A stretch of DNA of 64,000 nucleotides from Ascidiella aspersa (lineage: Eukaryota), in contig OZ004614.1 in assembly GCA_963924565.1 (NCBI GenBank), positions 8,060,001-8,124,000 on the forward strand, in the 5' to 3' direction. The notes beneath the pieces were generated by a model. That model saw nothing but the letters and a program-made list of their open reading frames with translations, did not search any database and was not told the DNA's origin. Both the position numbers and the translations under genes were made by a program. Below, piece after piece: positions 12,688 through 24,771 of the stretch; positions within the stretch are counted from its first letter, which is position 1, and the number at the start of each line of letters is the position of its first letter.

Positions 12688-14492
12688 TTTTGTTTTGCTG
12701 CTATGTATAGTGCTGCTGCTTCACTGATGTTTATATATCTTACCGCTGCAGCGCCTATATACGGGTGTTTTTTCTTTGCTTTTGCGAAGTTTCAAGTTGT
12801 AGTATGATACGTGCTTACCACCGGTCGCGGGTTCGAATCTCACTCAAGCAAACAGGTGCATAGTGATCGCAGCAGACGTGCAAATCGATTTTTACTAAAC
12901 CTAAAGTTTTTTTTCGTGGTTTTATTTTTGTACCTATTTTTAATGCAGAACAACACATAACCAATGTAACTTAATAAACGGGAATTTCATATTAAAATTT
13001 AACAAACACCTGCAAAAGTTATGCACGTCTTTACAGAATAGGATAGGTTTAGATAAGTTTAAAACAAAGTGCCATAAAACAACCTCAACATAGTGTAGTG
13101 CAACAGCTTTATAGGTTGATCTTGCTCTACACTCTAAGAGAATGGCGAATACAGACGCTTAACATCTACACCTGGCCCATCCGTCCATTGTCGGCCGGTC
13201 CTCTGAAGAGAATTGTCCCGGGGTCGGCGCTCGTTAGCCCTAGCCCCTGTTTATCAGCACCTCGTCCCGCCGCAGAAACGTAAATAACCCCCACGCCCAC
13301 GTTCTTGTTTTCGCAACCCCCCTACCACCCCCCAGGCGTGTTGGCGCGCCCGGGACGCGACCCCCGAACAATCGGGGCCCACAAAGTGCGCGGTCATCAT
13401 CGTTGTGTGACGTAGCGCGGTGAATCACGACCACGTGACTTGGACCGGTTTTTGTGTTACGGACAATGGTGTTTAAAACAAGTATAGGTTTACGTGTGGT
13501 TGGTTTGAAAAATTCTTCACGCTTCATTTTGAAATATTTTGTCTGGCGTTTGGAACGTAACACACTGGTTATCGTGGCAGATTAAAAATCAGAACACATA
13601 GATTATTTTATTTTTATTTTTGACCACTAACGCGGCTTGTCAAAAAGTGTCAAACTATAAAAAACTCTGTGTGTGTGTTTTATCTGTTGGTCGGCTCTAA
13701 TTCCACACATGTCAAAGCGCGAGTTTTTGCCACTGTTAACAGTGTTAAAAAGGGGTATTGCTATTTTGTAGAAAAACCAGATGATATATGTGAAAAAATC
13801 TTAGCAGCCATGTTTTAAAAAAAAATAAACTTTTTTATTGGCCCAATGCCGATAACTGTCCCTTAGTGTCGCAAAAGTTTCATAATTCGACCAGTATATA
13901 CATAAATTCCACACCGTTTCAAGATACAGCCTTTAGTACTCGGATCAGCTCAACGTATAATGTTGACTCTCGGCAAGCAAACTTCTACAGAGACTCGCCA
14001 CACCGCGCGAAATTACCGACCGGCAATAACACGAGAAAACGAGCGGTTGGTCAGCACACCAGCTTACCCACTTGAAGTGACCCCTCTCTCCCCCCAGGGG
14101 CCTCTGTCCACCGCTAGTCCCGCGTGCGTCTCGAGCTATTTAATCACAGTCGGTCGGGCGGAGACAATACCGCCGGGCGCTTGTTGACCTGAGCGACGCG
14201 TTCAAACAGGCATGGCGTGCCGCTGCTGACGATCTACGTACGACTTTTACGTGCGCTGACCGGGAGTGGGCTGCCTTTTTCTTTTAAGTTTTTTGAGGCG
14301 TCATTTTTGACCTTTTTCTAGCACGACACTCGTTTTTGACCAGGTCCCATTTTGGGCCCGATTCGCTTGTTTTTGGCCAGTCGTGTTATTTTGGTGCGGC
14401 CTGTTTTTTGGGCCCAGACCTTTTATTTTGTCGTTTTTGTTTTTTTGGAGCGGCGCTCATATTCGGCCGATTTTACTACTCAGCGAAATAAA

Positions 14493-14817
14493 TAGTGATG
14501 TCAGATAATTTAGGAACGGAGCGTACTCGTCCGATACAAGGGTGGTATCGGTGCCGATCCGATACCAAATTTAGAGGTTTCAGCCTTGATTTGCGACCCA
14601 ACTCATAAATGGATTAAAAATATTATGTTCACGGCTGATAACAACTATAACTTATTAAAGCTGAACCAACTTTTGCCTAATAACCTCGATAAATACCCTT
14701 GAACATTTCAAATTTCATCTATTTTGCTTGTTTGAGCCTTGTAATGACGTCATATGATATCAGATCGGCACCGATACCACCCTTTGTATTTTTATCCAAA
14801 AGTATCGGACATCCCTA
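14493..14817. mobile_element. Non-autonomous hAT-type MITE (TAGGGATG termini)
   Basis: Imperfect TIRs TAGTGATGTCAGATA / TATCGGACATCCCTA; 8-bp TSD GAAATAAA / GAAATAAG; CCGATAC/GTATCGG subterminal repeats. Confidence 0.85.
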
Positions 14818-17061
14818 GAAATAAGGCTTCTGGCTTTTTTTTCATAAACCCTCTTTAAAAGTTTTCGCTTTGTTTAAGCGCAGCATAAGGGAGCCGATCT
14901 ATTTATAGCTTCCCTGTAAATTAGCGCTCACATCAGTCGCAGTTTTTGAGGCTTTGGTTTACGCAGCTTGCGAGCCCCACCTTTTCGATTTGTTGGGCTT
15001 CGTTTTTTTGCTTTCTTAGAGATAAGATCACGAATTGTAAGCAAGGTTCAATTTAGCTTTATTGAAAATCCTAATTAAATTGCCAAACTTCAACCTGGGG
15101 TTGCGTCAGGTTTATCACAGCACGTTCGACAATCTAAAAGTGCGAGGCGTTATTACCGATGCGATCTACAATCTAATGAACGCTGAGACAAACCGTAACC
15201 CTAAATTTATAAAACAAACTTTTGTAAAAAGTATTTTGATCGAAATTTTTTCTACAAATATAAACATTGACAACCAGTCGGGAGTGAACCATCTTTAAAT
15301 AAATCGTTTCCGAAATAATTTTACAAAAACGCTACTTTTAAAGTTTTTGCCGAAAAACAATGCTACATGCACCAGAAGCTTAAGTTTCGAACAATTGTAT
15401 GGGAAAAAATGCGAAAATGCACGTCGCTCCTGCATTCATTGCACCACGTAACCACACATATCTGGACCGCTGTCGGCAAACAGAAAATTCAGGTGAACCT
15501 ACTTCGGTTCGCACGCAACGCGAAAGAAAGCAAGACTTTTTCAACCTTCTTAGCGGTCACGTATGGCCCGCTCGATAAGACAACGTAAAGCAAATAAGCA
15601 AACAGTCACGATGACCCTCGGTTCACTTAATCCAATTGGCGCTGTGGGCGAAGCGAGCTTATATACGGTTGCCGTTTGTTTTTGCGGGTACTTTGAACAC
15701 TTTTCTTGATTATATAGGCAGATAACAACATCAACAACTTACAATTACCCCACAGGGAGTTGGCAGTTGTCTAAAGCAGTGTTCCTAACCTAATTTTTGT
15801 TTACCTCACAAGGCACCCATAGACCACTTTGACGGCGTTACTATAACGAGCTCTATTTTTATTTTTGGTAAGACCGATAATTCACTTGAAATACTTGCAA
15901 GTCTGTAATTTAGGGGCCTCATAGTTGCTTTATCTTTAAAAACTAAGCCGTAAGAGAACACGCAAAACAAAATTGTTTTGTATTTTGAGATATTTTTCTA
16001 CTTTGCAGCTGGTAGCCTAATGGCCCAGTGGTACTTGACTTATAAGGTTATTGCGTGAACTATATATTTTCGGACGAACACTATACGTATAAAAACCATA
16101 TGCGACAAAAGTGACTGTAATTTTACGCACTGCAGTAGTTTTAGTATGGAAGTTTTTTTTCTGAAAACGATTTATTACAAGCGTGTTGCTGCGTTTTCTC
16201 CAGCCCTCAATTTTCTAGCACGGTCACCCACCCGCTATCATTAGATAATTGCCTGGATTTTTCAACAACCAAGCACAAGCTCTTTGCAGTCGAGCAAAAA
16301 GATTACCGAATCCTCCCCGACTGTCTCTCTGCTATATTTCGTGCATTATACGTCACAATTGTTTGCAAGTGGTGTAAAGCAACGTCAACCATGCAATTTA
16401 CAAGTCGATGCAATCGCCTCGTCTAATAGCCGCGGCGACCCGCAGACGATTTGGCGCCGCTGGCATCCATGTAAATGCACCGCGAATCGGCTAATTCGCT
16501 TTGCCGCGTTTCCGTCACAGATAGGCCGCAAAGCCGCCCTAAATCGAACCGAAACGAGCCAAAACGATAAGTTTTTTGTGATTACGTCTCTCAACCCAGG
16601 GCGGTACACTGTCAGGGCAGAGACAGCCAAATCGCCCCTAATGGTATTTGGATCAACAAAATGTTGCTGTCTAAACCTGGTCATTTGCAAAATGTTGCCA
16701 CTTCGTCAAAAATCGCAAGTTTACCGATTACGCCAAGCCCGAAGAAAACCGCTAAAGAAATGGTCTGATTACGCACAAACATTTTGGAGCGATAAAGCTA
16801 AGCGCTTTGTAAGGGTACTCATGCACAAATCAATGCATCAGCATGAGTAAACACTATTATGTTCGTTTAGGTTTAAAACGATTGCCGTTGCTCGATCATT
16901 TTGACCAGACAGTGCAGACATTGTGTGAAATTAAGTCAGACAAGATATCTTGTACCTAAACGTAACATACTCTTATCCCAATCTTGGTAAATTACCGCAT
17001 TTGTCTAATTTAAAATAGAGGAATCAGGTGGAACTATATAACGACAAATTGTATTGAATTC

Positions 17062-17099
17062 TCAACAAGCTTTCGCACAACCCTGCTTCATCAGGTCAA
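17062..17099 (-). ncRNA. Minimal hammerhead ribozyme, second family
   Basis: UUGAC-CUGAUGA-A-GCAggguugUGC-GAAAGCUU-GUUGA; palindromic AGCU stem III. Confidence 0.7.
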
Positions 17100-17214
17100 A
17101 GTATCATTTATACTTTGATTCTTATCGTATATAACGTCCAGATATGGCTCCACTTAAAAGCCCTAAATGCCATAAATCTCCGCTACCTTTTAGGCAATCC
17201 ACACATCTGCAAAA

Positions 17215-17336
17215 CGTACACATTTTAATATTGTTAATCTTAAGTGTACCAACTTTGTCATCTGTATTTTAAGTTAGCGTACACATTTTAAGATTGTTAA
17301 TCGTAATTGTGCCAACTTTGTCATTTGCATCTTAAT
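17215..17336. repeat. ~63-bp tandem duplication
   Basis: cgtacacattttaa.attgttaatc.taa.tgt.ccaactttgtcat occurs twice. Confidence 0.85.
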
Positions 17337-17434
17337 TTTATTCTATATTAATTTTTGTTTCTACATCATGTCCCACGTCTTATGGCAATTCGCTGCAGGG
17401 TAAAAATCTAATGACGCTTTACGTGATTTTCCAG

Positions 17435-17524
17435 GCGACATCGACAACATGACGATCTTCTACATCCTGCACAACGGCACCAACGCGACAAGCGACAGAT
17501 TCGTCTTCACGGTCGAGGATCAAG
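17435..17524 (+). CDS. FREM2: FREM2/3-like exon E (end of last CSPG repeat; 90 nt, phase 1-1)
   Basis: ttttccAG / GTAAGT. (G)DIDNMTIFYILHNGTNATSDRFVFTVEDQ. Confidence 0.93.
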
Positions 17525-17632
17525 GTAAGTGTCGCGTGTTGCGCAGAAAGTGTCGCTTACATTCACGACACATAGACAGCAGACTATGAGAAACATTGTA
17601 AATTGGAGGCCTGGACTTTGTGTTGTGGCTCT

Positions 17633-18000
17633 AGTGACCCATATAATATTATAGTTGTGCAATAAACTAGGCCAATATTTTACTCCCCTCAAGTTCATAC
17701 GGCAACTATGTTATCGGCTTTGTGTGTATAGGTCTGCTCCTAGGCGTGTTATAGCAAACGAGGTGATATTTTGAATTAATATTTGACTTAGCTCAATCCT
17801 ATACTCTACCAGAAACGTTCTAACAATTATGGTGACCCATATAAGCCCATGCTTTGCTCCTGATAGATTCAAACGGCGACTATGTTATCGGTTTTGTCTC
17901 TATAGGTCTGCTCCTAAGCGTGTTTTTAGCGCGCGAGGTGACATTTAAAGTCATATTTAATTTAGCTCAGCCCAATACCCGTCAAGAACATTCTTACAAG
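17633..18000. repeat. Diverged ~175-200-bp tandem duplication
   Basis: gtgacccatataa, actatgttatcgg, tataggtctgctccta, cgaggtga and ttagctca each occur twice in order. Confidence 0.85.
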
Positions 18001-19877
18001 GCAAGCACGTTTTTCCCGGGCTTATCTCCATTGCCCCAATCTGCCTTTCAATTAAAACGCTCGCCGACCATTAGCGGGTCGCAAAGTCAAACACGCACAG
18101 AAGCCGTCGTTGTTTTTTCTTCAAAACGGCGGCGAAGTTCACTGTTTAATCAGGTTAGAAGCCGACAGTGCTTCGTCGACGGCCCAGCGACAAACAGTTC
18201 GACAATATCACCACTTTGTCTCATTTTTCGGGGCAATTAGCTGCGAAAGGGCGAGCGACGGTAGCCCATTAGCTTTGCGCCCGACGAGAGGTATGGAAAG
18301 ATAAGAAACAAAGCCATGCGATCAAATGTGTTTTGCGTGGCCCTGGGTTGTCCTTATCGCTTGCCTGGGCGCCGGACGACCTGTCCTAGCCGCTACTGGC
18401 CGTCTGAAAGGGTCTGCGCATTGTACTCGCGCGTGATAAGCCATTGCTGATTGATTTTCTGACGTTGGACGATGCCGGTTCATGCGCCACGTTTTGACTC
18501 AACTGGAATGAGGATGACGTTGGTAATCCGGGTCCGCACGAGCCGTCTTATCCGGGTCTGCTGCACACGCGAGAACACTCAGACATGACCGTGCAATTTT
18601 TGTCATTGTACGTCAGTTTTCTGAATATCTAGAGTCGTTTATTTTTTAGTGGTTTATCCGTACCCTGTCCGTGCGGCTACCAACGAATTCTGTAGCTTTT
18701 TTTATTTTGTAATTTCTGTAGAAGACCTCGTTGACTATTTCGCGTTTCTGGAGTAAAAATGAAACGCTTATTTTGTAAAAATCCAAGACAGGCTAAAGCC
18801 CAAGAGACACGCCCCCTAGGGCGCAGCGAACCGGCGCTCGCTCACAAAAAGCGGAATAAAACGAAATCTCAACACTATATAAACACATTCAACTGATCCG
18901 AACCTCGCGGAATGTGTGTATTCTCGTTTGCCCGCAAGATGCGACCCTCAGATAAAGTCGCGCGTCCGATATTTAAGCGGAGCGAGGTATGCGAATGGAT
19001 GGCGGCCCTTGGCGTAATGCGCTCTGTTTTGTTGCGGAGCGCTGCGCTTGGCGTTGACGGATTATCGAAAGCGGCAGGGCGGCTAAGCGCTTTTGTGCGG
19101 CCCTGTGCAATTTGTCTTTGTAGCTGTCGCCTCGCTAAATTTGTCGTCGCCGCTTTTTTGTGGAGCCAGCAAGAAAGGATGATGTGTATATGCAATACCG
19201 CGGGAGTTGAAAATATGCCTTGTAGCGCTTCTGTCGTAAAGGCACCCACGAGCCTTTGACTTTTGCCGCCTCGTCGAAAGAACGTGTTTTCACACTGAAA
19301 ATGCAAAGAACAAGCGCGAAAACTGCATAAATTGCAAACTTTAATAGTTCAGTTATGGCATGTCAAATTTTTTTCACCTACAGGTTTTGCACCCCTTTTG
19401 AATCACCAACCAATTCTCGCATCTCTTCTAGAGTTGCTTAATTCACAAAACCATTGTAATTTTAGTTTTACTTAAGTAACTTATAACATAGTAACACAAT
19501 ACCAAAATGTGAGTTATTTTTACAATTAACTGAGCAAAGAAATAAATTACAAACTTTAGTAATACATTTTCTGTCACTATTGAGCATCCCCGCACCCCCT
19601 TAGAAGAACAATTGCACCCCTGGTTAAAAAAACCCATCTAGGTTTTGATACAAGTTTTCAGCATCGCCTTGCAAAAAAATTCACCGTTTAAAATTAAAAT
19701 CTACCCAGGTTTCTTGTTTAGTGCACCGTGACTCCGCACTTCTGCTCGTGCACTCGAATCGTTAAAAGTCACTTTTTTGTTGAAAGCAAATCATCTTAAA
19801 ACTCTTCTGGCATGTAATCACAAAGTAAGATATTTATCATCTGAACTTGCCAGGGACTATAGAACATCGCTCTAAAC

Positions 19878-20182
19878 CGGTGGTTCTCAACTACGACGCC
19901 CTGATCGGCCATTTCTAATGCTCAAGGGTTGCCGGTATTTCAAAATTGTTAAGAATCTGATTTTTGCTCAATTGGTAAGCTTCTTGATACAACTATTTGT
20001 GTGCAATTAGAGACCATTATATCGAATGACATTTTCCTACATGTTTTAAATTGATTATGTTGTTCCAGTTCCATTTTTAGTGACATTACAGTAAACACTC
20101 TACGAAAGTTCCAGTAGGGGTGCCAAAAATCTATTTATTATTTTGAGGGGTGCCGTAAGCCATAAAACGTTGAGGATCACTG
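19878..20182. mobile_element. hAT (Charlie-like) MITE
   Basis: Termini CGGTGGTTCTCAAC / GTTGAGGATCACTG; perfect 8-bp TSD CTCTAAAC at 19870-19877 and 20183-20190. Confidence 0.9.
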
Positions 20183-20907
20183 CTCTAAACCGTGATGATT
20201 GAAAATGATCTTGGGGCTTTCCAAAAATTCCGCATAATCCGGGTTTTGCATTTTTGAGGCCCCCATATCGGAGAAACGTCGTTTTTTCACCCAAATCCCA
20301 AATACTCTGACAGAGCGGAAACTGAAACCTAAATGCGCGACCAAACAAGAAATTGGCTTTACTCGATGATCGCTCTTGCGCCAAACCGCGCGCGCAAGGC
20401 CTTTGTGACGTAATCGCAGGCGCGATACGCGAATAAAAAATGAGGTAGAGTCCCGCAAATAGCGGTTTAAACTCTCGGCGAACCCCGAATGGCCCGAGGC
20501 GACACGTGTTCGTCTAAAAGCGACGGCCATGTGCGTTAAATCGAGAAAACGGCCTTCTATTTGTACGGCTGAAAAAAACATTACTTTATTTTGGCCGCAC
20601 CATCACGTTAATATTTCTATTGGGATAAAAACCATTTGTTTTGCAATGAGAACTAAATAACTTACCATTCTTGCCATGGAATAAAAAAATACTCTATCAA
20701 TGTCGGCAAAAAAGCGGCTTCTTTACCACTTCCAAAACAATGGACCTAATCATCAACGCGAACAAATAGCTCATTTTGCTGTGGCCATAAAAAACAACCA
20801 CTAAATTGTCGTGCCTGAAAATAACATGACGTTTTAGCCGCTTAGACTATAAACGAACCTTCTTTAGCATACGAACATTGGCCTTTTTCTTATACGAATT
20901 TACACTT

Positions 20908-20951
20908 TTTACACTGATGATAGCATGAGGTATTGTCGAAACGTTTGTGAA
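20908..20951 (+). ncRNA. Minimal hammerhead motif, same family as 60251, stem II closing pair mismatched
   Basis: UUUACA-CUGAUGA-U-AGCAugagguauUGUC-GAAACGUU-UGUGAA; the downstream ~60 nt (to ~21010) match the 60190-60250 and 40800-40980 arms. Confidence 0.65.
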
Positions 20952-23900
20952 CAGCAAAATTTCGAGTATAATGGCTTTAGTATTTTTATTAAAATTTCTA
21001 AAAAAAAACGTGTATTGTGTTCCAGAGAAAATCCGCTATTTGTCCATGAAAGCTTCGCGCCACAAAAACGGATGTTAACCCTCACTACCGTTTGTCAAGA
21101 GATTATTGCGCCTTTGGCCATTTCTAAGAGCTCCGGACGTGTATTAGCGACGCTTATAGCGCACACATGTGAGGTTTGTGTGTGTTCCGCTGTGGTTAGC
21201 TGCCGGGCGCCAACCATCAAACGGTGAAGGCGTGGCATGACGTATTCTTCCCTTTCGTCTTTGATTCGATTTTGACTCCCCGCGGTATATACGCCACACA
21301 TTCTGCCGTTGACGCTTCTTTTTTTTTCGGGAGTCTTGTTAAGTTCGTTTCATGTGTAGGCTGCTTTTTACTTTTCTAGGAGTTTTATAGAAAAAATTAA
21401 ACAAAAAAAAGTTTGAAAAATCTTAAAATACGTCTTTGGGGCAACGTTTTTCAATTTTGTGCGTGCTTTATAGAAAATAATATCGTCAAAGTAGCTTAAA
21501 ACTTCATATATTTCGTTGTACGCGCGTTTGAATAGGAGATTAGGAACTTAACCTCCAGTGGAACTTACGCAGAGGCAAAAAAAATATTTTTATACTATTT
21601 TATTAGGCGTTCATTTTCCCCAAACTTTTTACACAGAGCTTTCGCGTCATGTCATTGGCTTTGACCGAGAAAAACTTGTATTGATTAAACTAGAGAGCTA
21701 TGCCTGCGACAATCCAGTAAAATTGTCGCCAAATAACATGGGAGCTCATTTTCATCAAGCACCAAACGCAAGAAAATATTCTCACTTAATCATCACTTAA
21801 ATTCAACCTCTGTTCCAAAAACGTTTTAAAACCAAATGTTGCCCTAAAACCATATTTCGGTCCTAACAGAAGCCTAAAGGAGTATTTTAAACGAACACTA
21901 ACCTGATTTGTTGCCATAACACTTTACGAAGAAAATTAACAAATTCCGTTGAGCAAAACATTAGGTAGCATCAAAAGGGTGACGTCATTACAAGGCCATT
22001 CCGGGCTCGGCGTCCGTTCCCACGCTTTCGGCGCGAAACGGATGTTCGGTTAAGTTGTCACCGCCCGACGAGCAAATACGAGAACACGAATTCCACGATA
22101 AGATTCGCCGAAACGCATTTTTACAACTTGAGAGGCCGCGAGAAACTTGAAATTGCGCTGAAAATTATTGTTTCGAACTTGTTTTCAGCTTTGTCGCTGA
22201 TTTTCACTCATGCTGATGTTCATGGCCGATTTGGGTCTAAACATAACGTTAACGGTTATGGTTTGGTTGCAACATTGTTATAGGTATTGCGCGTAAGTTT
22301 GCACAAAATATTGGCCAGATATGTTTTTCACCCCCATTTCGCCGATTTATCCACCTTTTTATGATTTAGGGCCGATTTGGGTGTAAAGTATTTTCCGACT
22401 AGTGGTATTGCGAGTTTAGCCGGGTAAGTTTTGGCAGAATTCAATGGTCGCCTATGGCAAAGAGACATCAAACGTAAATTTTCCGGCCTACGAATGTTCG
22501 GCACTTTTCAGCGTCCGGCTGTTACACATGTTGGACATGACCCACGTACAACAACCACAGCTGGTCCTTGGCCGTGACTCAAACCGAAATCTGAACCGAC
22601 ACGAAAGCGCTTTTATCGCGTAACTTTAACAGAACCACGCCCTCGATGAACGCTATTTCTGCAACACTGAACCCTTACTACGCGACCAATGGCGCCTTGA
22701 TGAAACTAACCATTCATTGAAGCAGTGTGTTTTGCGTTCATCTAGTTGCTCAAGCTGTCTTGTTTTACTCAGTACATTTACTGCTATTGATCCCTAAATG
22801 AAGTTCGCTGTTAGATATTATAACTTTTAAAAAGTAACCTCAAAAAAGCAGGTCACGGCTGCCTTTCAATGTCAGCGCATGTCACTCAAGACAATTCATG
22901 TTGCACCGAACAACTATTTGCATCTGTATACTTTTCCAAACAATTACAATTATTTAAGCTAATTTAAAACGATAAGTTTCAAAACATTTTGATGGTAACA
23001 AAGCGCGAACCTTCCTAAGAAAATTAAAACAGAGAAACATTGTGAAAGGTATTTTTTTTAATTTTTTTTATAAACATAATGGAAAGAAGGGCGAAAATAA
23101 ACTATAGCGTCTATACAAGAGCGACAGTTTGATCTAAATGCCACTTAACTTTATAGATTGGGAATTTCATATAGTGCTTAATGCACAGATCATTTGTATA
23201 TTTTCAAATTTTGTATTGTGAACAGCGTGCGAGCGCACCCGCCGGCTGCGACGCCATTAAAATGATGACGTAATCGCCCAGCAATATCCCACGACTGAGA
23301 CATGAGATATCCAAGCGCGGTCGGGCCAGTTTACAAAGAGCGTCTGGCTCCTTTTTGCAAAATCTTTCGCACGTTTTTCGACTACAGTTTTGACGGCCGG
23401 CGCGAAATGCGAAGCTTTCCATTTTCGTGCCGTGTTCCGTTTTGGAATAAGTGTTAAAGAGGTGGTAAAAGGCATTGGATAGGCTCAACAGGTTTAATAG
23501 CGCGACCGCACATGGGTCAAAAAAGCTTGCCTATATAGGAAGCCACAATGCTCGTCTTGCGGTGACGCCCATTACCCGCCCCTTGCCTCACGATCCGTCA
23601 TAATTCCGCCTCTCCATCTGACTACAGCAGCCCAAGCAGTCCCGCTTTTACGGAAGATTCGAGACACTCCGACGAACGTTTATTCGATCGGGTTGCGACG
23701 CCGACTTTTACAACTCCAAGTCCGAGTTTGTTCTCTTGTTTACGATCGGCCCTACGCCGGATTTTTTCCCACGCGATGTCAAATTTGACACCGAATTAGG
23801 AGTTTTTTCGAAACTTTTTCATGGCCGAAAAAAAAGCTTCACAAGGGCAGCGGTCGTTAGTTTAAAGCTCATAATCCGTTTAACTTAAAAAAGATGTGTA

Positions 23901-24598
23901 AGAGCCGATTTTCAAGAAAAAAGAAACAGTGTTTGACACTGAGCTAAGCCTCATTTCTCTCCACGGTCGCTGTCTTTAAATGATCCTCATAGACTTGATT
24001 TCGTGTTGGATCATTTCACGTTTCAAGACTTTCTGTTTGTCTTCGAATCTCGAGCGGCGCCCGGGAATCGGCCAAATGGTGATGGAAAGGCATAATCGTC
24101 GTCTGGATTAACAGATTACCACCGCCGCGAATCCGCCAAACTGACAGACCCGACGCATTTGGCCGGCACTCCGGCGTCGTGTATTTGCCCATTCACACCC
24201 CTCGGGCCCCTTTGTTTTTCTTGCCCCCCTCCCCCTAAACCCCATGAAACTGTTGCCGGCTCTGGCGTTTCACCCTTAGACAAACAATCGTTAAACTTGA
24301 AATGCGCTCTAGGTGCGATTTATCTAAATGACACTTCGAGCGTTACCACATCCCTTTATTTCAACTTTTACCTATATCTCTGCGAATGTTTAATTTCGCG
24401 TTTTGCCTATCTACACCGTTCAATGCCATATTTTTTTCTTTTACTTTCTGGTTTATTGTCCTATAAAACCTCATGTTTATCACTAAACCTAGGACACGCG
24501 ATTTTGACCACGCTACAGGCTCCAATTTCAATATAAACGTCGTTAACTTTCCGCATTAATATTTGCAGATGGCCATATTCGTATAATAAAAAGTGTTT

Positions 24599-24771
24599 TC
24601 AGGTGGCACTATATAAAGACAATTGTATTGAATTCTCGACAACCTTTCGCACAACCGTGCTTCATCAGGTCAAAGTAAATGTTTTATTTTCTGCTTTAAC
24701 CAGATGAAGCACGGCTGTGCGAAAGCTTGTCGATAATTCATTACAATTTGTCTTTATAAAGTGTCACCTGA
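24599..24771. mobile_element. Palindromic mini-element with a hammerhead motif in each arm (head-to-head)
   Basis: Arms ~24599-24676 and ~24694-24771 are near reverse complements. Minus-strand motif at 24636-24673 (CUGAUGA..GAAAGGUU); plus-strand motif at 24696-24733 (CAGAUGA..GAAAGCUU). Left arm matches 17024-17103. Confidence 0.8.

Noticed and set aside
12820-12850. tRNA genes at GTTCGAA B-boxes
   Set aside because: No cloverleaf or acceptor stem; treated as SINE-like remnants.
16284-16850. Longest non-exonic ORFs (188 aa here; also 25769..26299, 33929..34420, 47242..47679)
   Set aside because: No recognisable domain, many use non-ATG starts, no splice-consistent partners; expected by chance in GC-rich patches.
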